Below are positions 1 through 10,254 of a stretch of DNA of 64,000 nucleotides, piece by piece. Location of the stretch: contig CAVSKL010000004.1 of NCBI GenBank assembly GCA_963728475.1, forward strand, positions 529,103-593,102. Reading direction: 5' to 3'. Position numbers and translations under genes: made by a program. The notes under the pieces were generated by a model that saw nothing but the letters and a program-made list of their open reading frames with translations, made no database searches and had not been told where the DNA came from. How positions within the stretch are numbered: position 1 is the first letter of the stretch; each line of letters starts with the position of its first letter. This DNA is from Candidatus Eiseniibacteriota bacterium (GTDB lineage Bacteria; Eisenbacteria; RBG-16-71-46; JABDJR01).

Positions 1-1008
1 GAACGGCCGGCCGGCGCGGTCGAACCCCGCGGCCAGGAAGTCCGCGGCGGCGGCCAGCCGGGCGCGCTCGGGTTCCGGCCACCGCGCGCCGCGCGCGTCC
101 GCGGCCTGGGCCCCCAGCGCGGCCAGGGCCAGCGCAAACGCATGATAGTGGAAGGCCTGCTCCCGGTTTCCGCCGTCGGGGGCGAACTGGAGGAGCACCT
201 CGCGCCGGAGCGCGGCGTCCCAGATCGCCGCGGAGCCCTCCGGGGCGAGTCCGGGAAACGCGGCGTCCACCAGGGCGAGCGTGGCCAGCTCGCCCAGGAG
301 ATGGTTGTTGGCGGACGAGTGCCGGGAGAGGTTCTCCGCCACGGTGAAGCGCTGGTAATGCGCGGAGCGGAACACCGCGTCGAGAAGCGGTTCCGGGGGC
401 CGCTCCCGCGCCGCCCAGAACCGGAGCGCCGCCCCCCAGTGCACGAGCCGGAGGCCGGTCTCGATCGGGGCCAGAAGGTTCGGCCCGGCCAGCGGGGGGT
501 TCTCCTCCATCCAGTCGAGCCAGAGGGTCTCCAGCCGGTCGCGGAACGCGCTCCGCCCGGAGAGGAGATACGCCTTGGCCAGGGTCGCGAACGCGGGGTG
601 GAGGTTGGGTTCCCAGAGGTGCTTGAGGTCGAACCGCCCCTCGGGAGAGGCGGTGGGCAGCGTGCTCCAGTAGGCGGCGGGGAAGGCCACGTCCGAGACC
701 GCCTCCCGGCGCCAGGCCGGCCGCTTGCCCAGGTCGTGAGCGGCGCCCAGCCAGCGGAAAGTGCCTTGCAGCAGCTCCGAGGCCTCGGCCAAAGTGCGTT
801 CCCGCCACCGGGCGGGCCACCGGGCCGCGACCGCCGCCATCCCCCCCGCGGAGAGGATCCAGGGCGCGTCGGCGAAGCCGGCGACGAAGGGCGCGGAGCC
901 GGGCGGGGGTCCGGCCACCGCGTCCGCGCCGCCTCGCGCGAACGCCCGCCGGTGCCTGGCCTCGCGCACCAGCCGCTGCCAGCGCAGGCGGCGTTCATCC
1001 CAGGACAT
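1..1008 (-). CDS. heparinase II/III-like (polysaccharide-lyase fold) protein, first 336 codons; 3' end lies outside the window
   Basis: Absent from the ORF track because there is no stop inside the window. My minus-strand translation from the ATG (plus-strand cat at 1006-1008) reads MSWDERRLRWQRLV...LWLDWMEENPPLAGPNLLAPIETGLRLVHW...NLSRHSSANNHLLGELATLALV...DGGNREQAFHYHAF and stays open to position 1. The NPP..G.N, E.G.R..HW and SANNHL motifs fit heparinase II/III-type proteins. It starts 30 nt downstream of the asnB stop on the same strand. Confidence 0.6.
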   Translation of the reverse strand, partial: MSWDERRLRWQRLVREARHRRAFARGGADAVAGPPPGSAPFVAGFADAPWILSAGGMAAVAARWPARWRERTLAEASELLQGTFRWLGAAHDLGKRPAWRREAVSDVAFPAAYWSTLPTASPEGRFDLKHLWEPNLHPAFATLAKAYLLSGRSAFRDRLETLWLDWMEENPPLAGPNLLAPIETGLRLVHWGAALRFWAARERPPEPLLDAVFRSAHYQRFTVAENLSRHSSANNHLLGELATLALVDAAFPGLAPEGSAAIWDAALRREVLLQFAPDGGNREQAFHYHAFALALAALGAQAADARGARWPEPERARLAAAADFLAAGFDRAGRPF

Positions 1009-1037
1009 GGCCCGGAGCCGTCGAAGGTGCCAGAGCC

Positions 1038-2972
1038 TCATCGGGCCAGCGGCACCTCCAGCTCGGCCGGTCGCGAAAGCGGGGGCTGGGAGGGATCGAT
1101 GAACAGGCGATACCAGAGCTCGAGGTTGAGGAGCGTCCAGATCTCGCGGCGATGATCGCGGCGCCCGGCCAGGTGGTCCTCCACCACCCGCCGCACGGTG
1201 GCCGGATTCAACACCCCCCGCCGGCCCACGCTCCCGTCCAGGAGGGTGTCGGCCACGAACCCGCGGAGATCCTCGCGGAACCAGCGGTCGATGGGCACCG
1301 GGAATCCGGTCTTGGCCCGGGAGAGCACCCGGGGCGGGAGCGCGGGGCCGAAGGTGTCGCGGAGGATCCGCTTCCCCCGTCCCTCGCCCCACTTCCACTC
1401 CGGCGGGAGGGAGAACGCGAACTCCACCAGGCGGTGGTCGAGGAACGGCACCCGCGCCTCCAGGGAGGCGGCCATGCTCATGCGGTCCATCTTCATCAGG
1501 AGATCGTCGGCGAGCCAGGTCTTGACGTCGGCGTAGAGCATCCGGGTGAGCGGATCGCGTCCGTCGGCGCGGTCCACCCAGGCCGCCACCGGCCCGCGGG
1601 CGGTGGGATCGTCCAGCCGGCGGAGGAGGTCGGGGTGGAGCACCTCGCGGCGTTCGGGTCCGGCGAAGCCCGCGAACCACGACGCCCACCGCTCCGAGGG
1701 CTCGTCGATGGAAAGGCTCCGCTCCGCGACCCGTGCCTTCCGGAGCGGCCACGGCGCCGCCCGGAGCCCCTTCCGCACCAGCCCCTCGCGCAGGAACCGC
1801 GGAACCCGGGCATAGGTGCGGGCGAGATGGTCGCGGCCGTACTTGGGATAGCCGGCGAAGAGCTCGTCCGCGCCCTCCCCGGTCAGCACCACCGTCACCG
1901 TCTCGCGGGCGAGCCGGGAGATGAGATAGACCGGGATGGCCGCCGGCTCCACCAGCGGTTCGTCCATGTGCCAGATGAGAGGGAGGATGGCGCCGGGCAG
2001 GTCGCGCTCGGCCATCACCAGTTCGTGATGCTCGGTGTGGAACGCCCCGGCCACCTCCCGGGCGAAGGGAAGCTCGTGGTCGTTTCCCGCCGCGCCCGCG
2101 AAGCCCACCGAGAAGGTCTTGACCGGGCCCCCGTGCATTCCGGCCATGAGCGAGACGATGATGCTCGAATCGAGCCCCCCGGAGAGGAGCGCGCCCAGGG
2201 GCACGTCGGCCATGAGCCGGGCCCGCACCGCGGCCTCGGTGTGGGCCCGCAGCGCCTCTTGGGCGTCCTCGTAGGTGCCCTCGAACCGGCGCGAGAGATC
2301 CACGTCCCACCACATCTCGAGCCGGGCCCCCCCGGAGTCCACCATCAGGCGATGACCGGGGGGGAGCTTGCGGATCCCCCGGAAGAGGGTATGGGGGGAG
2401 GGAAGGTAGCGGTAGGTGACGAAGAGCGCGGCGGCCTCTTCCGAGGCCTCGCGGGGGACGCGCGGGTGGGCGAGCAGGCTCTTGATCTCCGAACCGAACA
2501 CCACGGTGCCGTCGTCGAGCGCGGCGTAGTGGAGCGGCTTGATCCCCAGCCGGTCGCGGGCCAGGAGCAACCGCCCGCGCGGGCGGTCGTGGAGGGCGAA
2601 GGCGAACATCCCCTGGAGGCGCTCCAGGCAGTCCGGGCCCCACTCCTCGTAGGCGTGGACCACCGCCTCGGCGTCGGAGCGGGTCCGGTAGGTGTGGCCC
2701 CGCGCCTCCAGCTCCGGCCGGAGCTCGGCGTGATTGTAGATCTCGCCGTTCAGGACCAGGACCACGGTGCCGTCCTCGTTGGCGATGGGCTGGTGCCCTC
2801 CGGCGAGGTCCACGATGCTGAGCCGCCGGAACCCCAGGGCGAGACCGGGCTCCAGATGGTGGCCGTAGTCGTCGGGGCCGCGGTGGGCGAGCGGCGCGGC
2901 CATGCCGCGGATCACCGCCTCGTCGGGGATCTCCCCGCCCGAGGGCTTGAAGAACCCGGTGATGCCGCACAT
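1038..2972 (-). CDS. asnB: asparagine synthase (glutamine-hydrolysing)
   Basis: 644 aa. N-terminal MCGITG (Cys2 nucleophile of Ntn amidotransferases), PP-loop LLSGGLDSS, typical length and C-terminal synthetase domain. Confidence 0.9.
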   Translation of the reverse strand: MCGITGFFKPSGGEIPDEAVIRGMAAPLAHRGPDDYGHHLEPGLALGFRRLSIVDLAGGHQPIANEDGTVVLVLNGEIYNHAELRPELEARGHTYRTRSDAEAVVHAYEEWGPDCLERLQGMFAFALHDRPRGRLLLARDRLGIKPLHYAALDDGTVVFGSEIKSLLAHPRVPREASEEAAALFVTYRYLPSPHTLFRGIRKLPPGHRLMVDSGGARLEMWWDVDLSRRFEGTYEDAQEALRAHTEAAVRARLMADVPLGALLSGGLDSSIIVSLMAGMHGGPVKTFSVGFAGAAGNDHELPFAREVAGAFHTEHHELVMAERDLPGAILPLIWHMDEPLVEPAAIPVYLISRLARETVTVVLTGEGADELFAGYPKYGRDHLARTYARVPRFLREGLVRKGLRAAPWPLRKARVAERSLSIDEPSERWASWFAGFAGPERREVLHPDLLRRLDDPTARGPVAAWVDRADGRDPLTRMLYADVKTWLADDLLMKMDRMSMAASLEARVPFLDHRLVEFAFSLPPEWKWGEGRGKRILRDTFGPALPPRVLSRAKTGFPVPIDRWFREDLRGFVADTLLDGSVGRRGVLNPATVRRVVEDHLAGRRDHRREIWTLLNLELWYRLFIDPSQPPLSRPAELEVPLAR

Positions 2973-2973
2973 G

Positions 2974-3852
2974 TCAGCCGCGCTTCTCCAGCACCGCGAA
3001 CGCGCCGTTGGCGGTGATCATGGGCGGGGACTGCAAGGTGAGCGGCTCCGGCGAGTCGTAGAGCGCCATGTAGCGGGCGGCGAACACCGGGCCCAGCCAG
3101 GCGTAGGCCGCCTTGAGCGGCTTGGCCCATCCGGGGAGCACCCAGAACCGGTTGAAGAAGGGGGTGCCCGCCTCGCCGAAGTAGGCGCGCTTCACCACCC
3201 GGAGCCCGGAGGGGCCAAGGAGCCGTTCCTGGAGGGTGTCCGGGGTGTAGTGGCGCTGGAAGAAGACCGGCTTCCCGTGATAGGTCTCCGAATAAACCGT
3301 CTGCTCCATGAAGAAATCGCGGGCGGTCATGCCGAAGGGGACGGTGAGGATGAGCCGTCCCCCCGGCGCCAAGACCCGGGCCAGCTCCCGGATGCCCTCG
3401 ATGTCCCCGGGATCCGGCACGTGCTCGATGACCGAGATCACCGTGACCCGGTCGAAGTGGCCGTCGGGGTAGGGGAGGCTTCGCAAATCGGCCTGGCGCG
3501 CCACCAGCTTTCCCTTGAGCCGGCTACCCAACCGCTTGGCGAGGGCGGCCTGGGCCTCGACGGTGGGGTCCAGGTCCACCGCGTGCACCTCGACCCGGTG
3601 GCGGGAGGCGACGAAGAGGGGGAACACGCTGGTGCGCGCCCCCGCGTCCAGATGCCGCATCCCGGGGCGGAGTTCCAGATGGTTGTAGACCAGCGGGAAT
3701 TCCAGGCAGCGCACGTAATCCAGGCCGCGCACCGCCCGCCCCGCGCCGAGCGACGCGTTGAGCCGGGCGAAGTCCCAGGGCCCGGCCCGGTCGGAGCCGG
3801 GGCGGGGGCCGGCGGGAACGGAAGTCGGGGAGGGGGAGGCCATGGCCGTCAT
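2974..3852 (-). CDS. class I SAM-dependent methyltransferase
   Basis: 292 aa. Methyltransf_11-like pattern HLDAGARTSV...VHAVDLDP...FDRVTVISVIEHVPDP. Its stop is 1 nt from the asnB start, suggesting an operon. Confidence 0.7.
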   Translation of the reverse strand: MTAMASPSPTSVPAGPRPGSDRAGPWDFARLNASLGAGRAVRGLDYVRCLEFPLVYNHLELRPGMRHLDAGARTSVFPLFVASRHRVEVHAVDLDPTVEAQAALAKRLGSRLKGKLVARQADLRSLPYPDGHFDRVTVISVIEHVPDPGDIEGIRELARVLAPGGRLILTVPFGMTARDFFMEQTVYSETYHGKPVFFQRHYTPDTLQERLLGPSGLRVVKRAYFGEAGTPFFNRFWVLPGWAKPLKAAYAWLGPVFAARYMALYDSPEPLTLQSPPMITANGAFAVLEKRG

Positions 3853-3883
3853 CCGGCTTTCCGCGGACGTCGGGGAACGCCGC

Positions 3884-5068
3884 TCATGAAGCCTGGCGCT
3901 GGTCGGCGGGCTCGGTGAGCTCGGCCTTGAGGTCCGCCACCTGCACCGAGAGCATGCTCAGGAAGAACGAGGAGAAGAGGATCTGCCCTCCCACCGCCAG
4001 GAGCGTGCTCCCCACGATGGCCTGGCGCAGCGCGTGAAGCTCGCCGAACCCGCTCCGGATCCAGGTCACCGCGACCGCCAGGTCCAGCCCGAACCCGGCC
4101 AGGAATACCACCAGGCCGAGGATGAGCCCCTTCTCGAGGTTGAAGTGCCGGGCGAGGGTACGGATGAGGGGATCGCCGCGGTCGAAGTGCCGCTCGTAGC
4201 TGTAGACCTTGGCGAAGAGGCCGGTGGTGATGACCTGGGTCCCGAGGATCGAGAGGAGGCTTCCCAGGATCATGCTGTGAACGTCGATCTCCCGGCCGCC
4301 GACGTGGAGCGGGCCGGGGTAGAGAACGGCGAGGAGGATCACCCCCAGCGCCAGGAGCGCCGAGCCCGGGACCAGGAAGAGGCCGGCCGGGCTGTACATG
4401 AGCATGAATCGGAGGTGGCGCCACCCGTCCCGCCAGGTGCGGAGATGCGGCCGCCGGGTGCGCGCGTCCTTGTGGAGGGTGATCGGGATCTCGGCCACGT
4501 TGAGCTTGGCCTTGCCCGCCTTGATCACCATCTCCGAGGCGAACTCCATGCCCGAGGTCCTCAGGTGCATCCGGTCGTAGGCCTCCCGGGTGAACGACCG
4601 CATCCCGCAGTGGGCGTCCGAGATCCCGGTGCGGAAGAGGAGATTGAGGATCCCGGTGAGAACCGGGTTTCCCAGGTACCGGTGGAGGAAGGGCATGGCC
4701 CCGGGCTCGATCCGGCCCTTGAGGCGGGTCCCCATCACCATGTCCGCCCCCGCCCGGAGCGGCTCCAGGAACCGGCCGATGTCGGTCCAGTCATAGGAGT
4801 CGTCGGAGTCGCCCATGACCAGGTACCGGCCCCGGGCGGCGGCGAAGCCGGCCTGGTAGGCGTTGCCGTACCCTTTGAGCGGCTGGTGGACCACCCGGGC
4901 GCCGAAGGACTCGGCGATCTCCACCGAGCGGTCGGTGGAACCGTTGTCCGCCACCACGATCTCGGCGTCCAGGTCGAGCTTCTGGATCGTGCTCCTGGCC
5001 TTTTCCAGGCAGATGCCGAGAGTTTCCTCCTCGTTGAGGCAGGGCATGACCAGGGAGACTTCTGGCAA
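3884..5068 (-). CDS. family 2 glycosyltransferase with C-terminal membrane domain (polyprenyl-phosphate sugar transferase-like)
   Basis: TTG start at 5068 with AAGGAG 8 nt upstream (alternative ATG at 5047). GT-A motifs SLVMPCLNEEETL, VVADNGSTDRS and GDSDDSYD. The C-terminal third carries several hydrophobic helices (LFLVPGSALLALGVILLAVL, GLILGLVVFLAGFGL, LLAVGGQILFSSFFL). Confidence 0.8.
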   Translation of the reverse strand: MPEVSLVMPCLNEEETLGICLEKARSTIQKLDLDAEIVVADNGSTDRSVEIAESFGARVVHQPLKGYGNAYQAGFAAARGRYLVMGDSDDSYDWTDIGRFLEPLRAGADMVMGTRLKGRIEPGAMPFLHRYLGNPVLTGILNLLFRTGISDAHCGMRSFTREAYDRMHLRTSGMEFASEMVIKAGKAKLNVAEIPITLHKDARTRRPHLRTWRDGWRHLRFMLMYSPAGLFLVPGSALLALGVILLAVLYPGPLHVGGREIDVHSMILGSLLSILGTQVITTGLFAKVYSYERHFDRGDPLIRTLARHFNLEKGLILGLVVFLAGFGLDLAVAVTWIRSGFGELHALRQAIVGSTLLAVGGQILFSSFFLSMLSVQVADLKAELTEPADQRQAS

Positions 5069-5229
5069 GCGGGGGGCTCCTTGGGAGGAGTGGATGTCGT
5101 GGCGCCGCCGCGGGTTCCGGCCCGGGCCCCGGGACCCGCTTCAAGCCGTTGACCGCGACTGAATTCCGGCCCGTGAGTTTAGCAGATCCGGAATCCCGGT
5201 TCCACGGCCCCGGGCCGGGGCCGGCACGC

Positions 5230-6543
5230 TCAGGGCAGGACGACCAGCCGCTCCGACGCCCCCCCATTCCGGAGGAAATACACCCCGGGGGGGACCCGCT
5301 GCCCCGACCCGTCGGTGAGGTTCCAGCGAAGGCCGGAGGGGGCCGGGGAGAGCCGGCGGACCAGGCGGCCGCTGAGGTCGTAGATCCGGACCGGGTGCGG
5401 GACGTCGGTCGCGATGTCCACGTAGGCGCGGGCCGGGTTGGGACCCAACCGGAGCGCGGTCCCCTCGCCGGTCCGGCCCGGATTTTGCTGCCCTCCGGGG
5501 GCGGGCCCGGCCAGCTGCGCCACCGCGGCGGCCGCGGCCCGGGCCACCTCGATCCCCATCCGCGGATCGGTGTTGGCGTAGACGTCGGTGGAGCGGTGAT
5601 AGGCCGGGTAGGCTTCGTAGTCACGGTCGATGAGGAGCACCGCGGGAACCCCGAAGTCCTCGAAGGCCTGGTGGTCACTGAACAGGGAAGCGTTGCTGAA
5701 CTCGCGGCTCAGGCCGGTGTAGGCGTCCACCGCTTCCCCCACCAGCTGCATGAGCGGCGCCGAGGCCTCGTTGCCGTCGATGAGGACCCCGTACCGGTCC
5801 TTCCAGAACGAGATCATGTCGAAGATCACCGCTCCCCGCACTTCGGCCCCGGCCGCCTGGAGCGCCTTCACGTAGGCGCTGCTCCCGCGCAGGAACTGTT
5901 CCTCCCCGGTGAAGAGCACCAGCTCGACGGTGGAGTCGAACCGGCGGCCGGCCAGCGCCGCCGCCGCGGTGAGCACTCCCGCGCTCCCGCCGGCGTTGTC
6001 CTCGGCCCCCGGCGCCAGGGTCCACGACTTCTCCGAGATCGAATCCAGGTGCGCTCCCAGCACCACCACGCGGTTCGGGGTCTTCACGCCTTGGATCCGG
6101 GCCACCAGGTCCACCCGGGTGCCCCCGCCGATCGAGTACGCGGTGGAGTCCACGGTGTAGCCCATGGCGGCGAGCCGCTCCCGCGCATACTCCACCGCCC
6201 GGCGACCCTCCGGGCAGAGGGTATAGCGCGTCCGGAACAGGGTCCGGGCGCCGCCGACCTCCACCGAGTCCTCGCCGCTCAGGGCGCGGAGCGTCCGGTC
6301 GTAGCCGGAGAACGTCATCGCGTGAACGATGTCCCCGACCTCGGGGGAGAAGTTCGCGGGAGGGACGGCATCGAGGCTCGAGAACACGGCTCCGGCGGGA
6401 AGCGGGGCGTGCGGGCAGTCGGGATCGGCGGCGGGAGCGCCGGACGGCAGCACCCCGGAAGCCAACAGGAGCGCAGCGCCCACCAGGGGCGCGATCCGGC
6501 CGCGACCGGGCCGGACCATCGTGGGGGAATACGATGGCTTCAT
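5230..6543 (-). CDS. exported M28-family zinc aminopeptidase with C-terminal FlgD-Ig/T9SS-like sorting domain
   Basis: 437 aa with a signal-like N-terminus. M28 motifs GAHLDS, AEDNAGGSAGVL and LFTGEEQFLRGS. The C-terminal 74 aa (about 5230-5454) read ...GPNPARAYVDI...IYDLSGRLVRRL...GVYFLRNGGASERLVVLP. Confidence 0.75.
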   Translation of the reverse strand: MKPSYSPTMVRPGRGRIAPLVGAALLLASGVLPSGAPAADPDCPHAPLPAGAVFSSLDAVPPANFSPEVGDIVHAMTFSGYDRTLRALSGEDSVEVGGARTLFRTRYTLCPEGRRAVEYARERLAAMGYTVDSTAYSIGGGTRVDLVARIQGVKTPNRVVVLGAHLDSISEKSWTLAPGAEDNAGGSAGVLTAAAALAGRRFDSTVELVLFTGEEQFLRGSSAYVKALQAAGAEVRGAVIFDMISFWKDRYGVLIDGNEASAPLMQLVGEAVDAYTGLSREFSNASLFSDHQAFEDFGVPAVLLIDRDYEAYPAYHRSTDVYANTDPRMGIEVARAAAAAVAQLAGPAPGGQQNPGRTGEGTALRLGPNPARAYVDIATDVPHPVRIYDLSGRLVRRLSPAPSGLRWNLTDGSGQRVPPGVYFLRNGGASERLVVLP

Positions 6544-6799
6544 GACGTGACGGCCTTCCAGGACGAGGGGCTCGACGGTGATTCCGAGGGGACTTCAAGG
6601 ATATCATCGGCACGGGAGCGCCCGGAACCGGGTGAAGCCTCCCGCGTTCAAATTGTTTCGCGCGCGCCGCCGAGAACTCCGCAAAGTTTACGAGAAGGTT
6701 GGAACGGCCGGCGGGGTTCGAGTCAGGGCGAAAACGAAATCGGATGGCATTCGAAGCGGTGCAGACCGTCCTGAACCCGTGACCCGGGAACCGCGCGGG

Positions 6800-8026
6800 T
6801 CAGGGTTCGAGCAAGCGCACCGCCTCCTCGACCGGTTCGCGCGTGAGGTACTCGGCGGGGTCGCCGCCGGCGAGCGCGCCGGCCGGGATCGCCAGCACCG
6901 GGCCCGCGTAGCCGGTGCGAAGGCTGCCGGCCCGGTCGGCCAGCCCGAGCGCGCGCGCGCCGCCCGCGGTCGCCATCTCGAGCACCGCGGCCGCGGGGAT
7001 CTCCGGGGCCGCCTTCCGGAGCGCCCGCATCTCCGCCCACACCGAGAGGTCGTGATTGGTCGCCCGGGAATCGGTGCCCAGGCACAGCGGCACCCCGGCG
7101 CGGTGAAGGGCGAGCGCGGGAGCGGGGGGAAGGCCCAGGTAGGCGTTGCTGCGCGGGCAGAGGCAGACCGAAGCCCCGCTCCCGGCCACTCGCGCGATCG
7201 CCCGGGCATCCAGGTGCACCGCGTGCACCAAGAGCGCCCGCCGGTCGAGCGCCGGTTCCAGCATCTCCACCGCTCCCGTTCCCGGGAGCGGGAACGATCC
7301 GTCCCATACCCCGAGCCCCTCCAGGTACGCGAGGAGCGGGCCGGCGCCGCGCTCCAGGAACGCGTCCTCGCCCGGCGGCTCGGCGAGATGGGTGGACCAG
7401 ACCCAGTGGTGTTCCCGGCTCGCCCGCGCGGTCTCGCCCCAGAATTCCGGCCACACCGAGTACGGCGCGTGGGGGGAGAGACCGGCTCGCGCCCCTCCGG
7501 CGGGCGGCGGGACCGCTTGATCGAACGCCGTGGCGGCGCGGAGCGCGGCGGCGAACCGCTCCCGCGCCCGCTCCGCGGTCACGCCCAGGAACTCGAAGAA
7601 CACCCGCGCGGCCAGGCCGGTCTCCTCGCGCAGGATCGCGGCCCCCTCGGGCCGGGTGGTGATCTCGCCCACCGCCGCCGTTCCCAGTCGACGGCACTCG
7701 GCGATCCCCTCGCGCACCGCGTCCCGGACCGAGGCTTCGGACAGCGACGCGGAGGCGCGGGCAACCTGCGCGAGCCCGTCGAAGAAACCGGCCCCTGGAG
7801 ACACCGTCCCCGCGAGCCCGGTGAGGGAGAGATGGGTGTGCGCGTTGACCAGGCCGGGAAGGAGGATCGTCGCGCCGAGGTCGCGGACCCCGGCCGCGGG
7901 CCGGCCGGCGAGAACGGAGGACGCGGGGCCGGCGGCGAACACGACGCCGCCGTCGGTCGCCACCGCCCCGTCCCGGACGGGAGGGCTCGAGATGGGGAGC
8001 ACCCAGCGCGCTCGATAGATCGTCAC
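6800..8026 (-). CDS. amidohydrolase-superfamily deaminase/chlorohydrolase-like protein (MtaD / aminofutalosine deaminase-like)
   Basis: GTG start. Metal-binding HxH in LLPGLVNAHTHLSLT, then HAVHLD, VCLCPRSNAYLG and LGTDS. 408 aa. Confidence 0.75.
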   Translation of the reverse strand: MTIYRARWVLPISSPPVRDGAVATDGGVVFAAGPASSVLAGRPAAGVRDLGATILLPGLVNAHTHLSLTGLAGTVSPGAGFFDGLAQVARASASLSEASVRDAVREGIAECRRLGTAAVGEITTRPEGAAILREETGLAARVFFEFLGVTAERARERFAAALRAATAFDQAVPPPAGGARAGLSPHAPYSVWPEFWGETARASREHHWVWSTHLAEPPGEDAFLERGAGPLLAYLEGLGVWDGSFPLPGTGAVEMLEPALDRRALLVHAVHLDARAIARVAGSGASVCLCPRSNAYLGLPPAPALALHRAGVPLCLGTDSRATNHDLSVWAEMRALRKAAPEIPAAAVLEMATAGGARALGLADRAGSLRTGYAGPVLAIPAGALAGGDPAEYLTREPVEEAVRLLEP

Positions 8027-8194
8027 CGCACCTCCGCCGGCGCCGGCGCCGGAAACGCCGCTTCACCTTGCCAGACCCCGGGGTCCGCGGCAACGCCGGA
8101 TCAAGGCCACGATTTCGCTGGTCTCCGCTCATGGGCACTTGTAAGATATTCGCCCTTAACGTCTTGTGTCTCCAGCTGGAGGAGCGTGACCAGC

Positions 8195-8617
8195 ATGTCC
8201 GAACCGAGATCCGCCGGGCTCGCGGAAGAAACCCGGGAAGCGGAGCGGCTCTACCGGGCGCTATTCGACGGACCGGTGCCTCCGGCGGTGGCGGAGCGGT
8301 TCGCGCTGGCCTCGAAGCGGCTGGAGGCGCGTTTCGATGCCGCCGAGGTCGCCCGCTACCGGCGGGCCCTGGACCGGGTAGCCGACCTGGAAGCGCTGGA
8401 GATCGCCTGCCGGTACCGCCGCACCCTGCCGCTTCTGAGCCGCAAGTTCCGGATCATGGTGGCCATGGCCGAGACCGTGCCCGAGACCCAGGCGAGCTTC
8501 GTGAACGAACGGTCGAGCTTGGCGCGGGGACTCTGGGTGATCGCGGCGGGCGGGTTCCGCTCGGTCTACAAGCTGGGGAAGGGGCTCCTGCTTCAAGGGA
8601 GGCTCGGCCATGACTGA
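8195..8617 (+). CDS. hypothetical small protein (140 aa) preceding the GMC oxidoreductase
   Basis: Only the last 140 codons of track ORF 6578-8617 look coding (MSEPRSAGLAEETREAERLYRALF...); the ATG at 8195 was verified in the sequence. The upstream part of that ORF is antisense to the amidohydrolase and Arg/Gly-rich. Confidence 0.45.
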   Translation: MSEPRSAGLAEETREAERLYRALFDGPVPPAVAERFALASKRLEARFDAAEVARYRRALDRVADLEALEIACRYRRTLPLLSRKFRIMVAMAETVPETQASFVNERSSLARGLWVIAAGGFRSVYKLGKGLLLQGRLGHD

Positions 8618-8661
8618 CCGGGGCTTCCCGCCGCTCCCTGCCCCCGAAGGAGCGCCGCCCC

Positions 8662-10254
8662 GTGCATGACGTGATCCTGGTGGGCTCCGGCGCGTCCGGG
8701 GTGGCCGCCGCGCTGGAGCTGAGCGGGCGGGGAATCCGTCCCCTCATCCTGGACGTCGGCCACCGCAAGCACGAGCGCATCCCGAGGGTGGAGGAAAACC
8801 TATACGACCACCGCCGGCGCCACGACACCTTCCCCCTCCTGGTCGGCGAAGGCCTGGAAGGCCTTTCCAACGTCCTCACCGACCGCGTGCTTCCGGTCAA
8901 GCTCACCACGCCCAACATGGAGTACATGACCCGGGACACGCAACGGCTGGCTCCGGTGGAGGAGACGGACTTCAGCCTCGTCCAGAGCCTCTCCGCCGGC
9001 GGGTTGGGAAACGCCTGGGGGGCGGGCCTCTACCGGTTCGTGGACCAGGACCTGGAAGGGTTTCCCATCACCGCCGCGGATCTGGAGCCCTTTTTCGACG
9101 CGTTGACCGGCGAGATCGGGATCGGGGGCGAGGAGGACGATCTCGCTCCCTTTTTCGGGAGCACGGAGGGCCTTCTCCCGCCGCTCCGGCTCTCCCACAA
9201 CATCGACCGGCTCTACCGGGGCTACCGCCGCCGCCGCGCGGCGTTTCACCGGGACCGGCTTTACCTGGGCCGGGCCCGGGTGGCCGCGCTCGCCCGGTCC
9301 CTCGACGGGCGGCCCGCGGTGGATTACCGAAGCCTGGAATTCTGGCAGGACACTCCCGCCATCTACTCCCCGCGCTTCACCCTGGACCGGCTGGCGGCCT
9401 CGGACCGGGTGGACTACCGGAGCGGGTTCCTGGTGGAGGCCTGGCGCGAGACCGCGGAAGGGATCGAGGTCCGGGGGCGCGACCTGGAGGCGGACGGCGC
9501 CGGGCGCACCTTCTCCGCCCGGAAACTGCTCCTGGCCGCGGGCGCCGTCAACACCTCCCGGATCGTGCTCCGCTCGTTCGAGGACTACGAGACCGAGCTG
9601 GAGCTTCTCGAGAACCCGGCCCTTCAGATTCCGTTCGTGCTGCCCGGGAGCTTGGGACGGGCGCTGGACCGGACCGCGTTCGGGCTGGTTCAGCTCAACA
9701 TGATCTGGAAGTCGGCGTACTGGAGGTGCACGGTCCAGGGGAGCATCATGGAGATCACCTCCCCGGCGCGGGCGGAGTTCTTCGAGAGCCTTCCGCTCTC
9801 GGCGCGGGCCAACCTGGGACTCCTGCGGGTGCTGCTGCCGTCCATGCTGGTGATGCAGCTCTTCTTCCCGGGGCAGGCCGAGCCGGCCTCGCGGGTCTCC
9901 CTCCGGCCGGACGGGCGGTTGCGCATCCACGGCCATCCCAACACCATCGATCTCGCGGGGTTGAAGCCGCTCCTCGCCCACTTCCGCCGGGCGGGGGCCT
10001 GGAGCGCGCTCCCCCTGGTGGTGCGCGTCCCGGTGGGGCACTCCATCCACTACGCGGGGACGCTCCCCATGAGACCCGTCCCCGGACGCTACCAGTGCGA
10101 CCCGGGCGGGCGTCTGTCCGGAACCCGGGGGGTGTTCGTGGTGGACTCCGCCTCCTTCTCCCGGCTCCCGGCCAAGAACATGTCCTTCGGCATGATGGCC
10201 AACGCCATGCGCATCGCCTCCGGGGTGGCCCGGGAGCTGAAGGGCGACGGATGA
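8662..10254 (+). CDS. GMC-family FAD-dependent oxidoreductase
   Basis: 530 aa. N-terminal dinucleotide fold DVILVGSGASGVAAALELSGRG. GMC C-terminal pattern HSIHYAGTLPM...GVFVVDSASFSRLPAKNMSFGMMANAMRIA. Confidence 0.75.
   Translation: MHDVILVGSGASGVAAALELSGRGIRPLILDVGHRKHERIPRVEENLYDHRRRHDTFPLLVGEGLEGLSNVLTDRVLPVKLTTPNMEYMTRDTQRLAPVEETDFSLVQSLSAGGLGNAWGAGLYRFVDQDLEGFPITAADLEPFFDALTGEIGIGGEEDDLAPFFGSTEGLLPPLRLSHNIDRLYRGYRRRRAAFHRDRLYLGRARVAALARSLDGRPAVDYRSLEFWQDTPAIYSPRFTLDRLAASDRVDYRSGFLVEAWRETAEGIEVRGRDLEADGAGRTFSARKLLLAAGAVNTSRIVLRSFEDYETELELLENPALQIPFVLPGSLGRALDRTAFGLVQLNMIWKSAYWRCTVQGSIMEITSPARAEFFESLPLSARANLGLLRVLLPSMLVMQLFFPGQAEPASRVSLRPDGRLRIHGHPNTIDLAGLKPLLAHFRRAGAWSALPLVVRVPVGHSIHYAGTLPMRPVPGRYQCDPGGRLSGTRGVFVVDSASFSRLPAKNMSFGMMANAMRIASGVARELKGDG

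Noticed and set aside
142-1155. 337-aa plus-strand ORF at the start of the window
   Set aside because: Arg/Gly/Pro/Glu-rich low-complexity translation. It is antisense to a convincing heparinase II/III-like reading frame (1-1008, minus strand) and to the asnB 3' end: a typical shadow ORF of a high-GC genome.
6715-6724. GGTTCGAGTC, identical to a tRNA T-loop consensus, in the 6544-6799 intergenic region
   Set aside because: The flanking 5-nt arms (CGGGG / CAGGG) are not complementary, and I could not fold an acceptor or anticodon stem around it. I judge it a chance match; tRNAscan-SE would settle it.
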